DNA of 64,000 nt from Terriglobia bacterium (GTDB lineage: Bacteria > Acidobacteriota > Terriglobia > JAJPHL01 > JAPKYU01), in the NCBI GenBank assembly GCA_965206645.1, contig CBDBKE010000004.1:608001-672000 (forward strand). The letters run 5' to 3'. Shown one piece after another: positions 1 to 9,361 of this stretch. The first letter of the stretch is position 1; each line of letters begins with the position of its first letter. Both the position numbers and the translations under genes were made by a program. The notes beneath the pieces were generated by a model. That model was not told the origin of the DNA. It did not search any database and worked only from the letters and a program-made list of their open reading frames with translations.

Positions 1-870
1 AACTTCGTGGTGGATACCGTGTTTGCGACCCACGATCTGATGCCCAAAGGCAGCTTGATGTCATTGCAAATCGCCGACCGCGTCATGGAGCTGGTGTTGG
101 GCGGCTACGCCATTGCCGTGGCCACGGCCATCCTGCCGATGATGGCCCAGCAGGTAGCAGAAAAGAACATGGACGCGCTGCGACACACACTTTCCTTTTC
201 CCTTCGGATTGTTTCCTTTATTACAATCCCTGCGATGGTCGGCCTTCTGATTTTGCGGGAACCAATCATCCGCGTGTTGTTCCAGCATGGGCGTTTCGAT
301 GAGCGCTCCACCCAGATGACTGCCTGGGCGCTGCTGTTCTTCGCCTTTGGCCTGCCCTGGTTTTCCGCGACTAAAATCATCGTGCCCGCTTTCTACTCGA
401 TCCAGGACATGCGCACGCCGGTGAAGGTTGCTGCTATCGTCATGGTGGCTAACGTGGTGTTTAACCTGATGTTTCTCGAGCCCCTGCGCAATGGCGGTCC
501 GGCAGCGGCCACCTCACTGGCCGGTTTCCTGAACTTCGCCCTGCTGCTGGGCATTTTCGTGCGCCGCCACGGCGAGCTGGGCCATCGCGCCATTCTGCTT
601 TCGGCGGGCAAGGTGTCGGCGGCGACTGCTGTCATGGGGCTGGCCTGCTGGAGCATGCTGCAGGCCTCCGGCTTCCAGCAGCCACATCCCTTGAGCGGGC
701 AGGTGGCCCTGAGCTGGCAGGTAACGATGCTGGCCGGCATGCTGGCCGCGGGAATCCTGGTATTCTTTGGCATGGCCCGATTGTTACGCTGTGAGGAGGT
801 CAGCGAGTTATACGGAATCGCGAAACAAAGAAGGCGGCCACCCGAACCCGGCCCGGGGCAGTCGGCGTAG
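1..870 (+). CDS. murJ: Lipid II flippase MurJ/MviN (5'-truncated by window edge)
   Basis: Multi-TM MOP-family protein with MviN-like motifs (ADRVMELVLG, EPIIRVLFQHGRF, FYSIQDMRTPV). Confidence 0.9.
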   Translation, partial: NFVVDTVFATHDLMPKGSLMSLQIADRVMELVLGGYAIAVATAILPMMAQQVAEKNMDALRHTLSFSLRIVSFITIPAMVGLLILREPIIRVLFQHGRFDERSTQMTAWALLFFAFGLPWFSATKIIVPAFYSIQDMRTPVKVAAIVMVANVVFNLMFLEPLRNGGPAAATSLAGFLNFALLLGIFVRRHGELGHRAILLSAGKVSAATAVMGLACWSMLQASGFQQPHPLSGQVALSWQVTMLAGMLAAGILVFFGMARLLRCEEVSELYGIAKQRRRPPEPGPGQSA

Positions 871-920
871 TTCAACCGAAGGCTGACCTGAGCAAGGGCC
901 GGCGTCGGATCGCCGAGTTC

Positions 921-1781
921 TTGAACTACATTCGTGTGGAAAAGCGCCTCGCCCTCAACACGGCGGCTGCTTACGAACGCGATCTGCACCGCTACGCCGC
1001 TTTCTTGGAAAACGGGGGTCGGCGCCCCGAAGAAGCCACTCGGGCTGACGTACAGCGGCATCTGGCCTCGCTGTACGCAGCCAAGCTGGACGGACGGAGC
1101 ATCGCCCGCCACCTGGCCACGCTCCGCGGCTTCTATCGGCAATTACTGCGCGACGGTGTGCTCAAAACCGACCCCACACTGAACCTGGAATCACCCAAGA
1201 CCTGGAAGATCCTGCCCCGCTATCTGGCTCTGGAAGATGTCGAGCGCCTGCTGGCAACCCCCGATCCCGACAGCCCCGAAGGGGCGCGGGACCGAGCCAT
1301 GCTCGAGCTGCTCTACTCCACCGGTTTGCGCGTCTCGGAACTGGTTGCGCTGCGCACCGGAGACCTGCACGCCCAACTGGGCTACCTTCAGGTGACGGGC
1401 AAGGGCGACAAGCAGCGGCTGGTCCCAGTGGGACGTTCGGGGCTGGAGGCGGTGGAGACCTACCAGCGCGGCGCCCGCCAGGCCTTGCTGGGACGGCGCA
1501 CCTCGCCCTTTTTGTTCGTCAGCCGGCGCGGAATTCGTCTGACACGCCAGGCATTTTGGAAGATGATGGTGCAGGCCGGGCGGCAGGCTGGCATCCGCCA
1601 GCGGTTGACCCCCCATCTGCTGCGCCACAGTTTCGCAACACACCTGCTGGCGCGCGGCGCCGACCTGCGCTCCGTGCAGCAGATGCTGGGACACGCTGAC
1701 ATTGCTACTACTCAGATCTATACCCATGTACTGTCCGAGCGACTCCGACAAGTATTCCTGCGCCATCACCCCAGGGCCTGA
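921..1781 (+). CDS. xerD: Site-specific tyrosine recombinase XerD
   Basis: Catalytic motifs YSTGLRVSEL, GKGDKQR, TPHLLRHSFATHLL, MLGHADIATTQIYTHV, HHPRA C-terminus; true start may be slightly upstream. Confidence 0.88.
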   Translation: MNYIRVEKRLALNTAAAYERDLHRYAAFLENGGRRPEEATRADVQRHLASLYAAKLDGRSIARHLATLRGFYRQLLRDGVLKTDPTLNLESPKTWKILPRYLALEDVERLLATPDPDSPEGARDRAMLELLYSTGLRVSELVALRTGDLHAQLGYLQVTGKGDKQRLVPVGRSGLEAVETYQRGARQALLGRRTSPFLFVSRRGIRLTRQAFWKMMVQAGRQAGIRQRLTPHLLRHSFATHLLARGADLRSVQQMLGHADIATTQIYTHVLSERLRQVFLRHHPRA

Positions 1782-1817
1782 GCCAGAATTGGTGACGGCG
1801 GTTGGTGACTGACGATC

Positions 1818-3110
1818 ATGCCTGACTTCCTGTTTCTGATGGAGAGCCGCCTGGCTCCGGAGCAAGTAGCCGTCGTGCAGCGCCTGGAGCATCTGGCGGC
1901 AGAGCGGGACCTCAATCTCTTTTTGGTTGGGGGTGCACTGCGGGACATGCTGTGTGGACATCCGATCCGCGACCTGGACTTCGCCGTCGAGGGCAACGCG
2001 CTGAAGCTCCTGCGAGCGGTGGGAAAGTTGCCAGGCGTGGCGGTGCGCGAGATGGATCGGCAGCGCCAATCCGCCGAACTGACCTTTCCCGGCGAGGTGA
2101 CCGTGGAAGTAGCCCAGTGCCGATCCGAGCATTACTCCAAAGCTGGGGCCGAGCCGAGAATCGCGCCAGGCAATATCCACATGGACCTGCGACGCCGCGA
2201 CTTCTCGATGAACGCCATCGGACTCTCGCTCAACCGGGCCTCCCGGGGTCTCGTGCTGGACCCCAACAACGGCGTTGGTGACATCGAGCGCCGCGAAATC
2301 CGGTCCTTGCACAACTACTCGTTTGCCGACGATCCGACCCGCCTGCTGCGCCTGGTGCGCTTCCGCTCTCGCCTCCATTTCGCCCTCGATCCGAAAACGG
2401 CGACCCAGTTCCACTGGGCCAAGGAACGGGAACTGTTGCAGGATGCCCTGCCGGGGCGGTTGCGCAAGGAGCTGTACGAGATTACGCAAGAGTTACGCCC
2501 CTGCGAAATCTTCAAGGCGCTGGACAAGGAAGAAATGACCCGGGTGTTCCACTCCAAACTGAGCGGCCGGCAACTCAACTTACCAGAGGTGCTCCGGATG
2601 GAGAAGACCGCCCGCTGGCTGGACGAACATGGGCTGCGGGCCAGCCTCTACGGGCCGTGTGTCTTTTACCTGACCCGGAGGCTTTCTTCCCGTGACCGCA
2701 CGACCCTTGTCCGACGATTGAAGATGAATCGAGCCGGCACCGAACCTTGGATGAAACTGGAAGAGCGGGGCAAGCAACTGGTGCGCCGACTGGCCAGCAA
2801 GGAGGCCAACACCCCGTCGAAAGCATTCCAGTTGCTGGCTGCGCAGCCCGCTGAACTCCTCCTATTTATCCTTCTTTATTTCCCGCAGAGGAAGGTTCAG
2901 GACAAGCTCAAGAGCTACATCTCCCGACACCGCCCGTTGAAAGAAAAACTGCCTGAAAAGGAATTACAGGCCCTGGGAGTAGATCCAGAGACACCTGCCT
3001 GCGGGCGAATCCTCAACTCACTCTTCACGGCGCTACTGGATGGAAAGGTGAAGTCGCGGACCGAACAACTCAAGTATTTGAAGAAACTGGCGGTCGACGT
3101 CAAGCGGTAG
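1818..3110 (+). CDS. tRNA nucleotidyltransferase (class II CCA/poly(A) polymerase family, probably A-adding type)
   Basis: VGGALRD..DLDF, RRDFSMNA and DDPTRLLR motifs; RSEHY..GAEP loop. Confidence 0.8.
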   Translation: MPDFLFLMESRLAPEQVAVVQRLEHLAAERDLNLFLVGGALRDMLCGHPIRDLDFAVEGNALKLLRAVGKLPGVAVREMDRQRQSAELTFPGEVTVEVAQCRSEHYSKAGAEPRIAPGNIHMDLRRRDFSMNAIGLSLNRASRGLVLDPNNGVGDIERREIRSLHNYSFADDPTRLLRLVRFRSRLHFALDPKTATQFHWAKERELLQDALPGRLRKELYEITQELRPCEIFKALDKEEMTRVFHSKLSGRQLNLPEVLRMEKTARWLDEHGLRASLYGPCVFYLTRRLSSRDRTTLVRRLKMNRAGTEPWMKLEERGKQLVRRLASKEANTPSKAFQLLAAQPAELLLFILLYFPQRKVQDKLKSYISRHRPLKEKLPEKELQALGVDPETPACGRILNSLFTALLDGKVKSRTEQLKYLKKLAVDVKR

Positions 3111-3271
3111 GACCCGCGACTGCACGGCAGTGGCCTGCCCGGAGGCAACCTCAAGTTGCGGGCTCCCCAGCACAGGGGTAACGGCCGCCGTCACCAGAGC
3201 AGCCCGCCGAAATACGGTCCTCGAAGACGCCCTGTGACGAGCGAGCCTCCGACGGTGGAGCAACAACTTGT

Positions 3272-3595
3272 TCACTGCTTTATTCGTCCCCTGAGCTTGC
3301 GCGCCAGTTTCTCAATCTGCTTGAGTTTCTTAAGCGTGCTTACGGACAGGATGTTCGCCCCGCTTTTGTTTAACTCTTCGTCCACCTCCGAGACCAATTG
3401 CACCAGCTGGCCGCTCAGTTTCTTGGCCTGTTCGTGCCGGTGTTTCAAGAGTTTGGCAGACGCAGGAGGAGCCAATGGCGAATCGGTGCGGATGCCCTCG
3501 CGCGGGCTTGCCCCAAGGGTTCCCCCTCCCCCTTGGGCCAGGCTCGAAAACACGCAAAAACAAACAAGCAACGTGATGACAAGGAAATGCCGCAT
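3272..3595 (-). CDS. Small exported hypothetical protein
   Basis: Signal-peptide-like N-terminus followed by a basic helical C-terminal region. Confidence 0.6.
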   Translation of the reverse strand: MRHFLVITLLVCFCVFSSLAQGGGGTLGASPREGIRTDSPLAPPASAKLLKHRHEQAKKLSGQLVQLVSEVDEELNKSGANILSVSTLKKLKQIEKLARKLRGRIKQ

Positions 3596-3715
3596 GCTTC
3601 ATTCTAACGCAGGAAGGCGATCGGCCCAACGGTGATCCCCGCCGTGATCTCCTCACAGGCCAGGAGGGGACCTGCCCCTTGGGAGAAGACGCCGGGATGA
3701 CTTTGCCAGAGCTAG

Positions 3716-3847
3716 AAGGGTGCTGAAAAACCTGGGAAACAGCTCGCTAATGGCCGCGGCTTTCAATCAGCTCGACTGATTCTCCAGTAGTTACCGAGTC
3801 GCGCGCGCAACCAGGCGGTCCACAAAATCAGTTTTTCAGCACCCCGT
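3716..3847. mobile_element. MITE-like element with 14-bp terminal inverted repeats (IS5/IS1182-like ends)
   Basis: GGGTGCTGAAAAAC (3718-3731) and GTTTTTCAGCACCC (3831-3844) are perfect reverse complements; flanked by CTAG and TTAG; no ORF inside. Confidence 0.55.
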
Positions 3848-3966
3848 TAGTCGGCTCCACGCCGGACCGAAAGCTACGGCCAGGCCCGCGCCTGCTTTTC
3901 TCCTTGGCGCTTGGTCAAGTTTGGTATACATTTGCTTTTCTTCCCAACTGATATAGGGGCGCGCTT

Positions 3967-4401
3967 TTGAGATTGGATCTTCGTTTTCCCAGCGACCCCC
4001 GGCTGTTGCGCACAGTCCGCTGCCTGATTGGGGAAATGGCGGAGCATTGCGGCTTTGCTGAGGACGAAGCGCAGTTCATCATCCTGGCCGTGGATGAAGC
4101 TTGCGCCAACGTCATCCGCCATGCGTACCAGGGCCGCACAGACGGGGAAATCGGCCTCTCCTGCTCCGCCAAGGAGGACCGGATCGAGTTCCTCCTGGTG
4201 GACCAGGGACGGCCGCCGCGACCGGACAGCCTACAGCCGCGCACCCAGGAGGAAGTCCGACCCGGCGGATTGGGAACGCACTTGATTCGTTCCGTTATGG
4301 ACGAAGTTCGCTACCGGCCCAGTGAACAAGGGAACGAGCTGTTCTTGGCCAAATCTTTGCGCCCGCGCCGGCGCGTGGAAACTGGCGCTGTCACAGAATG
4401 A
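3967..4401 (+). CDS. Anti-sigma factor Ser kinase, RsbW/SpoIIAB-like (HATPase_c_2)
   Basis: N box LAVDEACANVIRHAY, DQG, GGLGTHLIRSVMDEV. Confidence 0.88.
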   Translation: MRLDLRFPSDPRLLRTVRCLIGEMAEHCGFAEDEAQFIILAVDEACANVIRHAYQGRTDGEIGLSCSAKEDRIEFLLVDQGRPPRPDSLQPRTQEEVRPGGLGTHLIRSVMDEVRYRPSEQGNELFLAKSLRPRRRVETGAVTE

Positions 4402-4736
4402 GCATTCAGATCAAAGTCCGCAAAGAAGGCGGAACCTCCGTGATTGACGTGGTGGGTGACATTGACCTGTACTCCTCCCCGCAGGTGCGCCAAACCATTC
4501 TGGACGAGTTGAACCAGAAGAGCGGAGACCGCGTGCTGTTGAACCTGACCGGGGTCAAGTACGTTGACAGTTCCGGGGTCGCCTCGCTTGTCGAAGGGCT
4601 GCAGCTGGCGCGGAAGGCACAGATCCGTTTTGCGCTCTGCGGACTCAACAAAGCGCCGCGACAGGTGCTGGAGCTCACCCGACTGATCAAGGTCTTCGAC
4701 ATCTACGACACGTTGGAAGAGGCGCTGAAAGCTTAG
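4398..4736 (+). CDS. STAS anti-sigma factor antagonist (RsbV/SpoIIAA-like)
   Basis: GDIDLYSS, LNLTGVKYVDSSGVASL; ATGA overlap with the upstream kinase. Confidence 0.9.
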   Translation: MSIQIKVRKEGGTSVIDVVGDIDLYSSPQVRQTILDELNQKSGDRVLLNLTGVKYVDSSGVASLVEGLQLARKAQIRFALCGLNKAPRQVLELTRLIKVFDIYDTLEEALKA

Positions 4737-4796
4737 CGTCGACGCCCCGCCCACCCGAGGGAAACGGCCCAAGCGTTTCGCGACCTGAGCACCGCC

Positions 4797-5585
4797 ATGC
4801 TCTCTGCCATTGGAGCCCATACGGTTCGCTTGCTGGAGTATATGGGAGGTGTTTCCCGCCAGACCAAGGCTGGATTCTATTGGACGGTCGTTGCGCCGTT
4901 CCGCGGGAGCCGGATGCGCTGGAGCACTGCCATTCACCAGATGGTGATGGTGGGCATCCAGGCTGTGCCTGTGGTTTGCCTGATCGGCTTTTTTATCGGC
5001 CTCATCATGGCCCTCCAGGGCGCCTATGAGATGAGGAAGTTCGGCGCCCTTCACCTTGTGGTGGACCTGGTAGGCGTCTCCATTACCCGCGAACTGGGTC
5101 CCCTGATGACCGCGATCATTGTCATTGGGCGTTCCGGTTCGGCGTTCGCGGCCGAATTGGGAACCATGAAGGTCAGCGAGGAAGTGGATGCGCTGGTCAC
5201 CATGGGCTTGAACCCCATTCACTTCCTTCTGGTCCCGAAATTTCTGGCAATGATAGTGATGATGCCGTGTCTGACCATGATCGCCGACCTGATGGGGATA
5301 CTGGGCGGGGCGACGTTCGCCTATACTTTCGAGCTGGGGATGGGGCTACGCCAGTACCTGCTGGCCACCGCCGAAGCGCTGGTGATGCGCGACATCATTA
5401 CAGGGCTGATCAAGAGCGTCGTATTCGGTATGGTCATCGTGCAGATTGGCTGCTACGAGGGTTTCGCGGTGACCGGCGGGCCGGAGGGCGTAGGGCGATC
5501 GACTACCTCCGCGGTGGTGATTTCCATTTTCAGCGTGATCATCGTGGACGTGATCTTCACTGGTTTCTTTTATATGCTAGGCTGA
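4797..5585 (+). CDS. mlaE: MlaE-family ABC permease
   Basis: RELGPLMTAIIVIGRSGSAFAAELGTMKVSEEVDAL, GGPEGVGRSTT. Confidence 0.92.
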   Translation: MLSAIGAHTVRLLEYMGGVSRQTKAGFYWTVVAPFRGSRMRWSTAIHQMVMVGIQAVPVVCLIGFFIGLIMALQGAYEMRKFGALHLVVDLVGVSITRELGPLMTAIIVIGRSGSAFAAELGTMKVSEEVDALVTMGLNPIHFLLVPKFLAMIVMMPCLTMIADLMGILGGATFAYTFELGMGLRQYLLATAEALVMRDIITGLIKSVVFGMVIVQIGCYEGFAVTGGPEGVGRSTTSAVVISIFSVIIVDVIFTGFFYMLG

Positions 5586-5655
5586 CAATCTAGTTCTAAG
5601 GTCCAAGGCACAAGGTCGGAACTTGATTTTGAACCTCGGACTTGGACCGTTAAGC

Positions 5656-6525
5656 ATGGAGCCGATTATTTCCGTCCAGAATCTGGTGGCCCACTACGGG
5701 ACGCGACCGGTGTTACACGAGGTCAGTATGGAGGTTTACCGCGGCCAGACGATGGTCATCCTAGGCGGCAGTGGCTCTGGCAAGAGCACCCTGCTGCGGC
5801 ACATTGTGGGCCTGGAAAAGCCTACTTCCGGTTTCGTCTACATCATGGGACACGACTTTTGCCGCCTCCCGGAACACGAACTGAACCAGATCCGGCGCAA
5901 GATGGGTATGTCGTTCCAGGGGTCAGCGATGTTCAATTCCATGACGGTGGGGGACAACGTGGCCCTGCCGCTGCGCGAGCACACCGAATTGGAAGAGTCC
6001 ACCATCCAGATCATCACGCGAATAAAACTGGAGCAGGTGGGGCTGGCGGGCTTTGAGGACTACATGCCGGCACAGCTCTCGGGCGGCATGAAGAAGCGAG
6101 CCGCCGTCGCCCGCGCCATGGCCATGGATCCGGAGATCCTCTTGTTCGACGAGCCTTCCGCCGGCCTGGATCCCATCATTGCCGCTGGCATTGATGAGCT
6201 GATCGTAAAATTGAAGCAGGCGTTCGGCATGACGATCGTGGTGGTCACCCACGAGCTGGCCAGCGCCTTCCTGATTGCCGACCGCATCACTATGGTGCAC
6301 AAGGGGGGGATCATCGCCAGCGGTACCCGCGAGGAAATCCAGGCCAGCACACAACCCCGTGTTCGCCAGTTCCTGGACCGCGTTCCCGACGACGAGAGCC
6401 TCGAGGCTGCCGATTACGTCCAGGCTCTGCTCGGCACAGAGGGCGATGCCGGCCGCAACGGAAAGACGGCAGAATCAGCGAGGCCCGAGCTGCAAAAACG
6501 CGCTGGTTCGGCGGGATCGATATGA
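5656..6525 (+). CDS. mlaF: MlaF-family ABC ATPase
   Basis: Walker A GGSGSGKST, LSGGMKKR, DEPSAGLDP, VTHE. Confidence 0.9.
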   Translation: MEPIISVQNLVAHYGTRPVLHEVSMEVYRGQTMVILGGSGSGKSTLLRHIVGLEKPTSGFVYIMGHDFCRLPEHELNQIRRKMGMSFQGSAMFNSMTVGDNVALPLREHTELEESTIQIITRIKLEQVGLAGFEDYMPAQLSGGMKKRAAVARAMAMDPEILLFDEPSAGLDPIIAAGIDELIVKLKQAFGMTIVVVTHELASAFLIADRITMVHKGGIIASGTREEIQASTQPRVRQFLDRVPDDESLEAADYVQALLGTEGDAGRNGKTAESARPELQKRAGSAGSI

Positions 6526-7496
6526 ACGACCAAGCAAAAGTGGGCCTGATGGTGCTGGTCGCGGTGGCCATCCTGGTGACGGCGGTCTTTTACATGACGG
6601 GGGTGGGGCTGGGGACAAAATACGTCGGTTACAAGACCTACCTCAACTTTGCCGGCGGCTTGGAGCCAGGAGCCCTGGTCCGGTTTGGTGGCCTGAAGGT
6701 GGGCCACGTCACGTCCGTGGGGGTCTCTTCCGAGGATGTCTCCCGTATTGAGATCGGCCTGGACCTAGAGGCCGACCTCTCCCTGCCCACTGACAGCGTG
6801 GCGGGCCTTTCCCAACTGGGCTTGCTGAGCGAGAACTACATAGAAATTCAGCCGGGCAAGGCGCCGTCAACCCTGCAACCCGGCAGCACCATTGCTTCCG
6901 TGGAGTCGCAGGACCCGGCGGCGCTAATGCGCAAGATGAGCGCGCTGGTGGATGTGGCACAACCTCTCGCAGCCGACCTGCACAAGAACGTCAACCAGAT
7001 CTCAGAGCAGGTGGACCAGCTGCTGGTCAACCTGCACGACGCCACCAGCGAGGAAAACCGAGCACACCTGGCTAGCGTTTTGCGGCAGACCGACGAGATG
7101 ATCGAGCGCCAGTCGCCGAAGATTGATAAAATCGCCACCAACCTGGAGAACGCTTCCGGCAAGATCGACCCGTTCATGGCTGATCTGCGCGCGACCACCG
7201 CCAAGGTGGACAAACTGATTGCTGAGGTGCAGGGCGTAGTGGCCGAGAACCGTCCCGATCTGCGGGCCTCGCTGGACCAGCTTTCCCAGACGCTGAAGGA
7301 GGCGCGCGAGCTGATGACGCAGTTGAACGTCGTCATGACGACCAATTCCGACAATCTGGACGAGACTATGGAAAACATCCGGGTGACGTCGCAGAATCTC
7401 CGGCAGCTCTCCGACACCCTGAAGCAGCGGCCGTTCAGCCTGGTGCGGGTGGTCCCCAAGCCGGAGCGCCAGGTGCCCGGCGGGGGCAAGAAATAA
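6522..7496 (+). CDS. mlaD: MlaD/MCE-family protein with long helical C-terminal region
   Basis: N-terminal TM, AGGLEPGALVRFGGLKVGHV MCE motif, GLLSENYIEIQPG, coiled-coil tail. Confidence 0.88.
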   Translation: MNDQAKVGLMVLVAVAILVTAVFYMTGVGLGTKYVGYKTYLNFAGGLEPGALVRFGGLKVGHVTSVGVSSEDVSRIEIGLDLEADLSLPTDSVAGLSQLGLLSENYIEIQPGKAPSTLQPGSTIASVESQDPAALMRKMSALVDVAQPLAADLHKNVNQISEQVDQLLVNLHDATSEENRAHLASVLRQTDEMIERQSPKIDKIATNLENASGKIDPFMADLRATTAKVDKLIAEVQGVVAENRPDLRASLDQLSQTLKEARELMTQLNVVMTTNSDNLDETMENIRVTSQNLRQLSDTLKQRPFSLVRVVPKPERQVPGGGKK

Positions 7497-7546
7497 GCAG
7501 CCAGCGATCCCGCACGGTCGCAGGCAACGTCAAGGAGCCAAGAGTA

Positions 7547-8176
7547 ATGAGGGCCCGTCCCGCAGCTCAGAGGTTACTAGCCGCCGCCGCGGCGGCGATC
7601 TTGCTGCTGTCGCTTGGCGGCTGCGGAAAAGTTCCCCCGAGCCACTACTACACGCTGGAATCGTCGCTGCCGGCTCTCCCGGCGCCAGCCGTCACCACGG
7701 GCGTGGAGATCGCGGTGACCCGCTTCCGGGCCAGCCAGGGGCTCTCCCAGGACCGGCTCATGTACCGGCCCAGCCGCCACCGCGTGGATTTTTACGAGTA
7801 CCACCGCTGGGTGGACACGCCTCCGGACCTGGTCACGCAAAACCTGATCTCCCACCTCCGGCGCTCGGGGATGTTCCGCGCGGTGACCGGCACGCGAGGC
7901 GCCTCTCGCGCCGACTACCTGCTGCGCGGTCGCGTCGAACACCTGGAAGAAGTGGATTCCGCAGGGAGCGTCTCTGCCCGAGTTGGCTTGCGCGTCGAAC
8001 TGGTGGAGGTGAAGACCCGGGCCCAGGTCTGGTCAGGGGAGGGCTCCCATGAAGCGCCGGTTGGTGAGCGTTCTGTAGAAGGTGTCGTCCGGGCGCTAAA
8101 CGAATGCCTGCGCGAGAGCATGGACCAGATTGTGGCCGGCCTGGCCACTCATTTCCAACAACACGCCTCCCGCTAG
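7547..8176 (+). CDS. PqiC-like ABC transport auxiliary lipoprotein
   Basis: Lipobox LGGC, YYTL, YEYHRWVDTP, LRGRVEHLEE; follows the MCE gene. Confidence 0.8.
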   Translation: MRARPAAQRLLAAAAAAILLLSLGGCGKVPPSHYYTLESSLPALPAPAVTTGVEIAVTRFRASQGLSQDRLMYRPSRHRVDFYEYHRWVDTPPDLVTQNLISHLRRSGMFRAVTGTRGASRADYLLRGRVEHLEEVDSAGSVSARVGLRVELVEVKTRAQVWSGEGSHEAPVGERSVEGVVRALNECLRESMDQIVAGLATHFQQHASR

Positions 8177-8216
8177 CGATTCCTCCACCCAGCAACAACC
8201 AGAGACGAGCGGTACG

Positions 8217-8558
8217 CTAGCGGCTTTGGCTGGCGGCGGAGACGGTGTCGTAAGCGGGAAAAACGGAGAGAAGGCGAACATCCTCCAGGACACGGCGCAG
8301 GCGGCCAGGCGGGACCACCAGGCGCAATTCACCGCCCTGGGCGACGGCGCTAGCCAGGCAGCGGGCAAGACAGCCGATGCCACGGCTGTCCACAGTGTGC
8401 GCCTCAGTCAGGTTGATCAGCACGACCAGGTTGCTCTTGACCGCCTCCAGCACGGTTTTGCGGATGTTATCGGCCATCCCCTGCTTTCCCCACAGGCGCA
8501 AGTCCCCCCGGAGATGGACCACCGCGAACGGACCGTCGTATTCCAACCGTACTTCCAT
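8217..8558 (-). CDS. STAS domain protein
   Basis: HLRGDL, INLTEAHTVDSRGIGCL; alternative start 8603 overlapping the ubiE stop. Confidence 0.75.
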   Translation of the reverse strand: MEVRLEYDGPFAVVHLRGDLRLWGKQGMADNIRKTVLEAVKSNLVVLINLTEAHTVDSRGIGCLARCLASAVAQGGELRLVVPPGRLRRVLEDVRLLSVFPAYDTVSAASQSR

Positions 8559-8599
8559 CGGTCTGGTTCCAGGGAGAATACGCCACTGCCGGGCGCGAT

Positions 8600-9361
8600 T
8601 CAAGCCGGGCGTTGGCCGGTGTGCAGGCAGGCGATCCCGCCCGTTAATCTTTGGAACGCGACTCCCGCAAAGCCCGCTTCCCTCATCCAGCAGGCAAAAT
8701 CCCCGGGCGAGGGAAACTCCGCCACCGACTTCACCAGGTATTGATAAGCTCCGGCATCTCCGGAGAAGGCACCGCCCACGCGGGGCAGCACGCGACGGAA
8801 GTAGAAATTGTACAGCGGCCCAAGAAGCGATGACTGTGGCTGAGAGAATTCCAGGATGCCGGCTTCTCCGCCGGGCATCAGCACGCGAAAGATCTCGCGG
8901 AGGCCTGCCTCGTAGTTGGACAGATTGCGAAAACCGAATGCGGCCGTCACGAGGTGGAATGAACTGTCCGCGAAGGGCAGCACCAGCGCATCCGCTTCGG
9001 CCAACAGTGGGAGAAGTCTGCGGCGGAGCAGTTTGTCACGCGCGCGTTCCAGCATGGGGTGGCAGAAGTCGGCGCCGAGGATGCGAGCCGAAGGATGCGC
9101 AACTTTGGTCAGGCTCAAAGCAAGGTCACCGGTACCGCAGCACAGGTCGAGCGCGCGCGTCCCCGGCCGCCCCAGGGTGCGCCGAAAGCGGCGGGCGACT
9201 GCCCGCCGCCACCATCGGTCCGCCTCGAGCGACAGCAAATGGTTGAGGAAATCATACCGGGGAGCGACGCGCGCGAACATCTTACGCACATAAGCAGCCC
9301 CCGGCGCAGTCCCTGAAGTCCGCAGCGCCGAATGGGGAGTGCGGGACGGCGTGCTCTTCAT
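8600..9361 (-). CDS. ubiE: Demethylmenaquinone methyltransferase MenG/UbiE
   Basis: MFARVAPRYDFLNHLLS, LDLCCGTGD, AFGFRN, AYQYLVKSV. Confidence 0.9.
   Translation of the reverse strand: MKSTPSRTPHSALRTSGTAPGAAYVRKMFARVAPRYDFLNHLLSLEADRWWRRAVARRFRRTLGRPGTRALDLCCGTGDLALSLTKVAHPSARILGADFCHPMLERARDKLLRRRLLPLLAEADALVLPFADSSFHLVTAAFGFRNLSNYEAGLREIFRVLMPGGEAGILEFSQPQSSLLGPLYNFYFRRVLPRVGGAFSGDAGAYQYLVKSVAEFPSPGDFACWMREAGFAGVAFQRLTGGIACLHTGQRPA

Noticed and set aside
921-1781. Tyrosine recombinase as a prophage/island integrase
   Set aside because: XerD-like length and motifs, housekeeping context, no att repeats
1191-2489. Long antisense ORFs (also 20844-22010, 56173-57528, 57565-58674, 52251-53237)
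   Set aside because: Shadow frames of well-supported genes in GC-rich DNA, with no motifs
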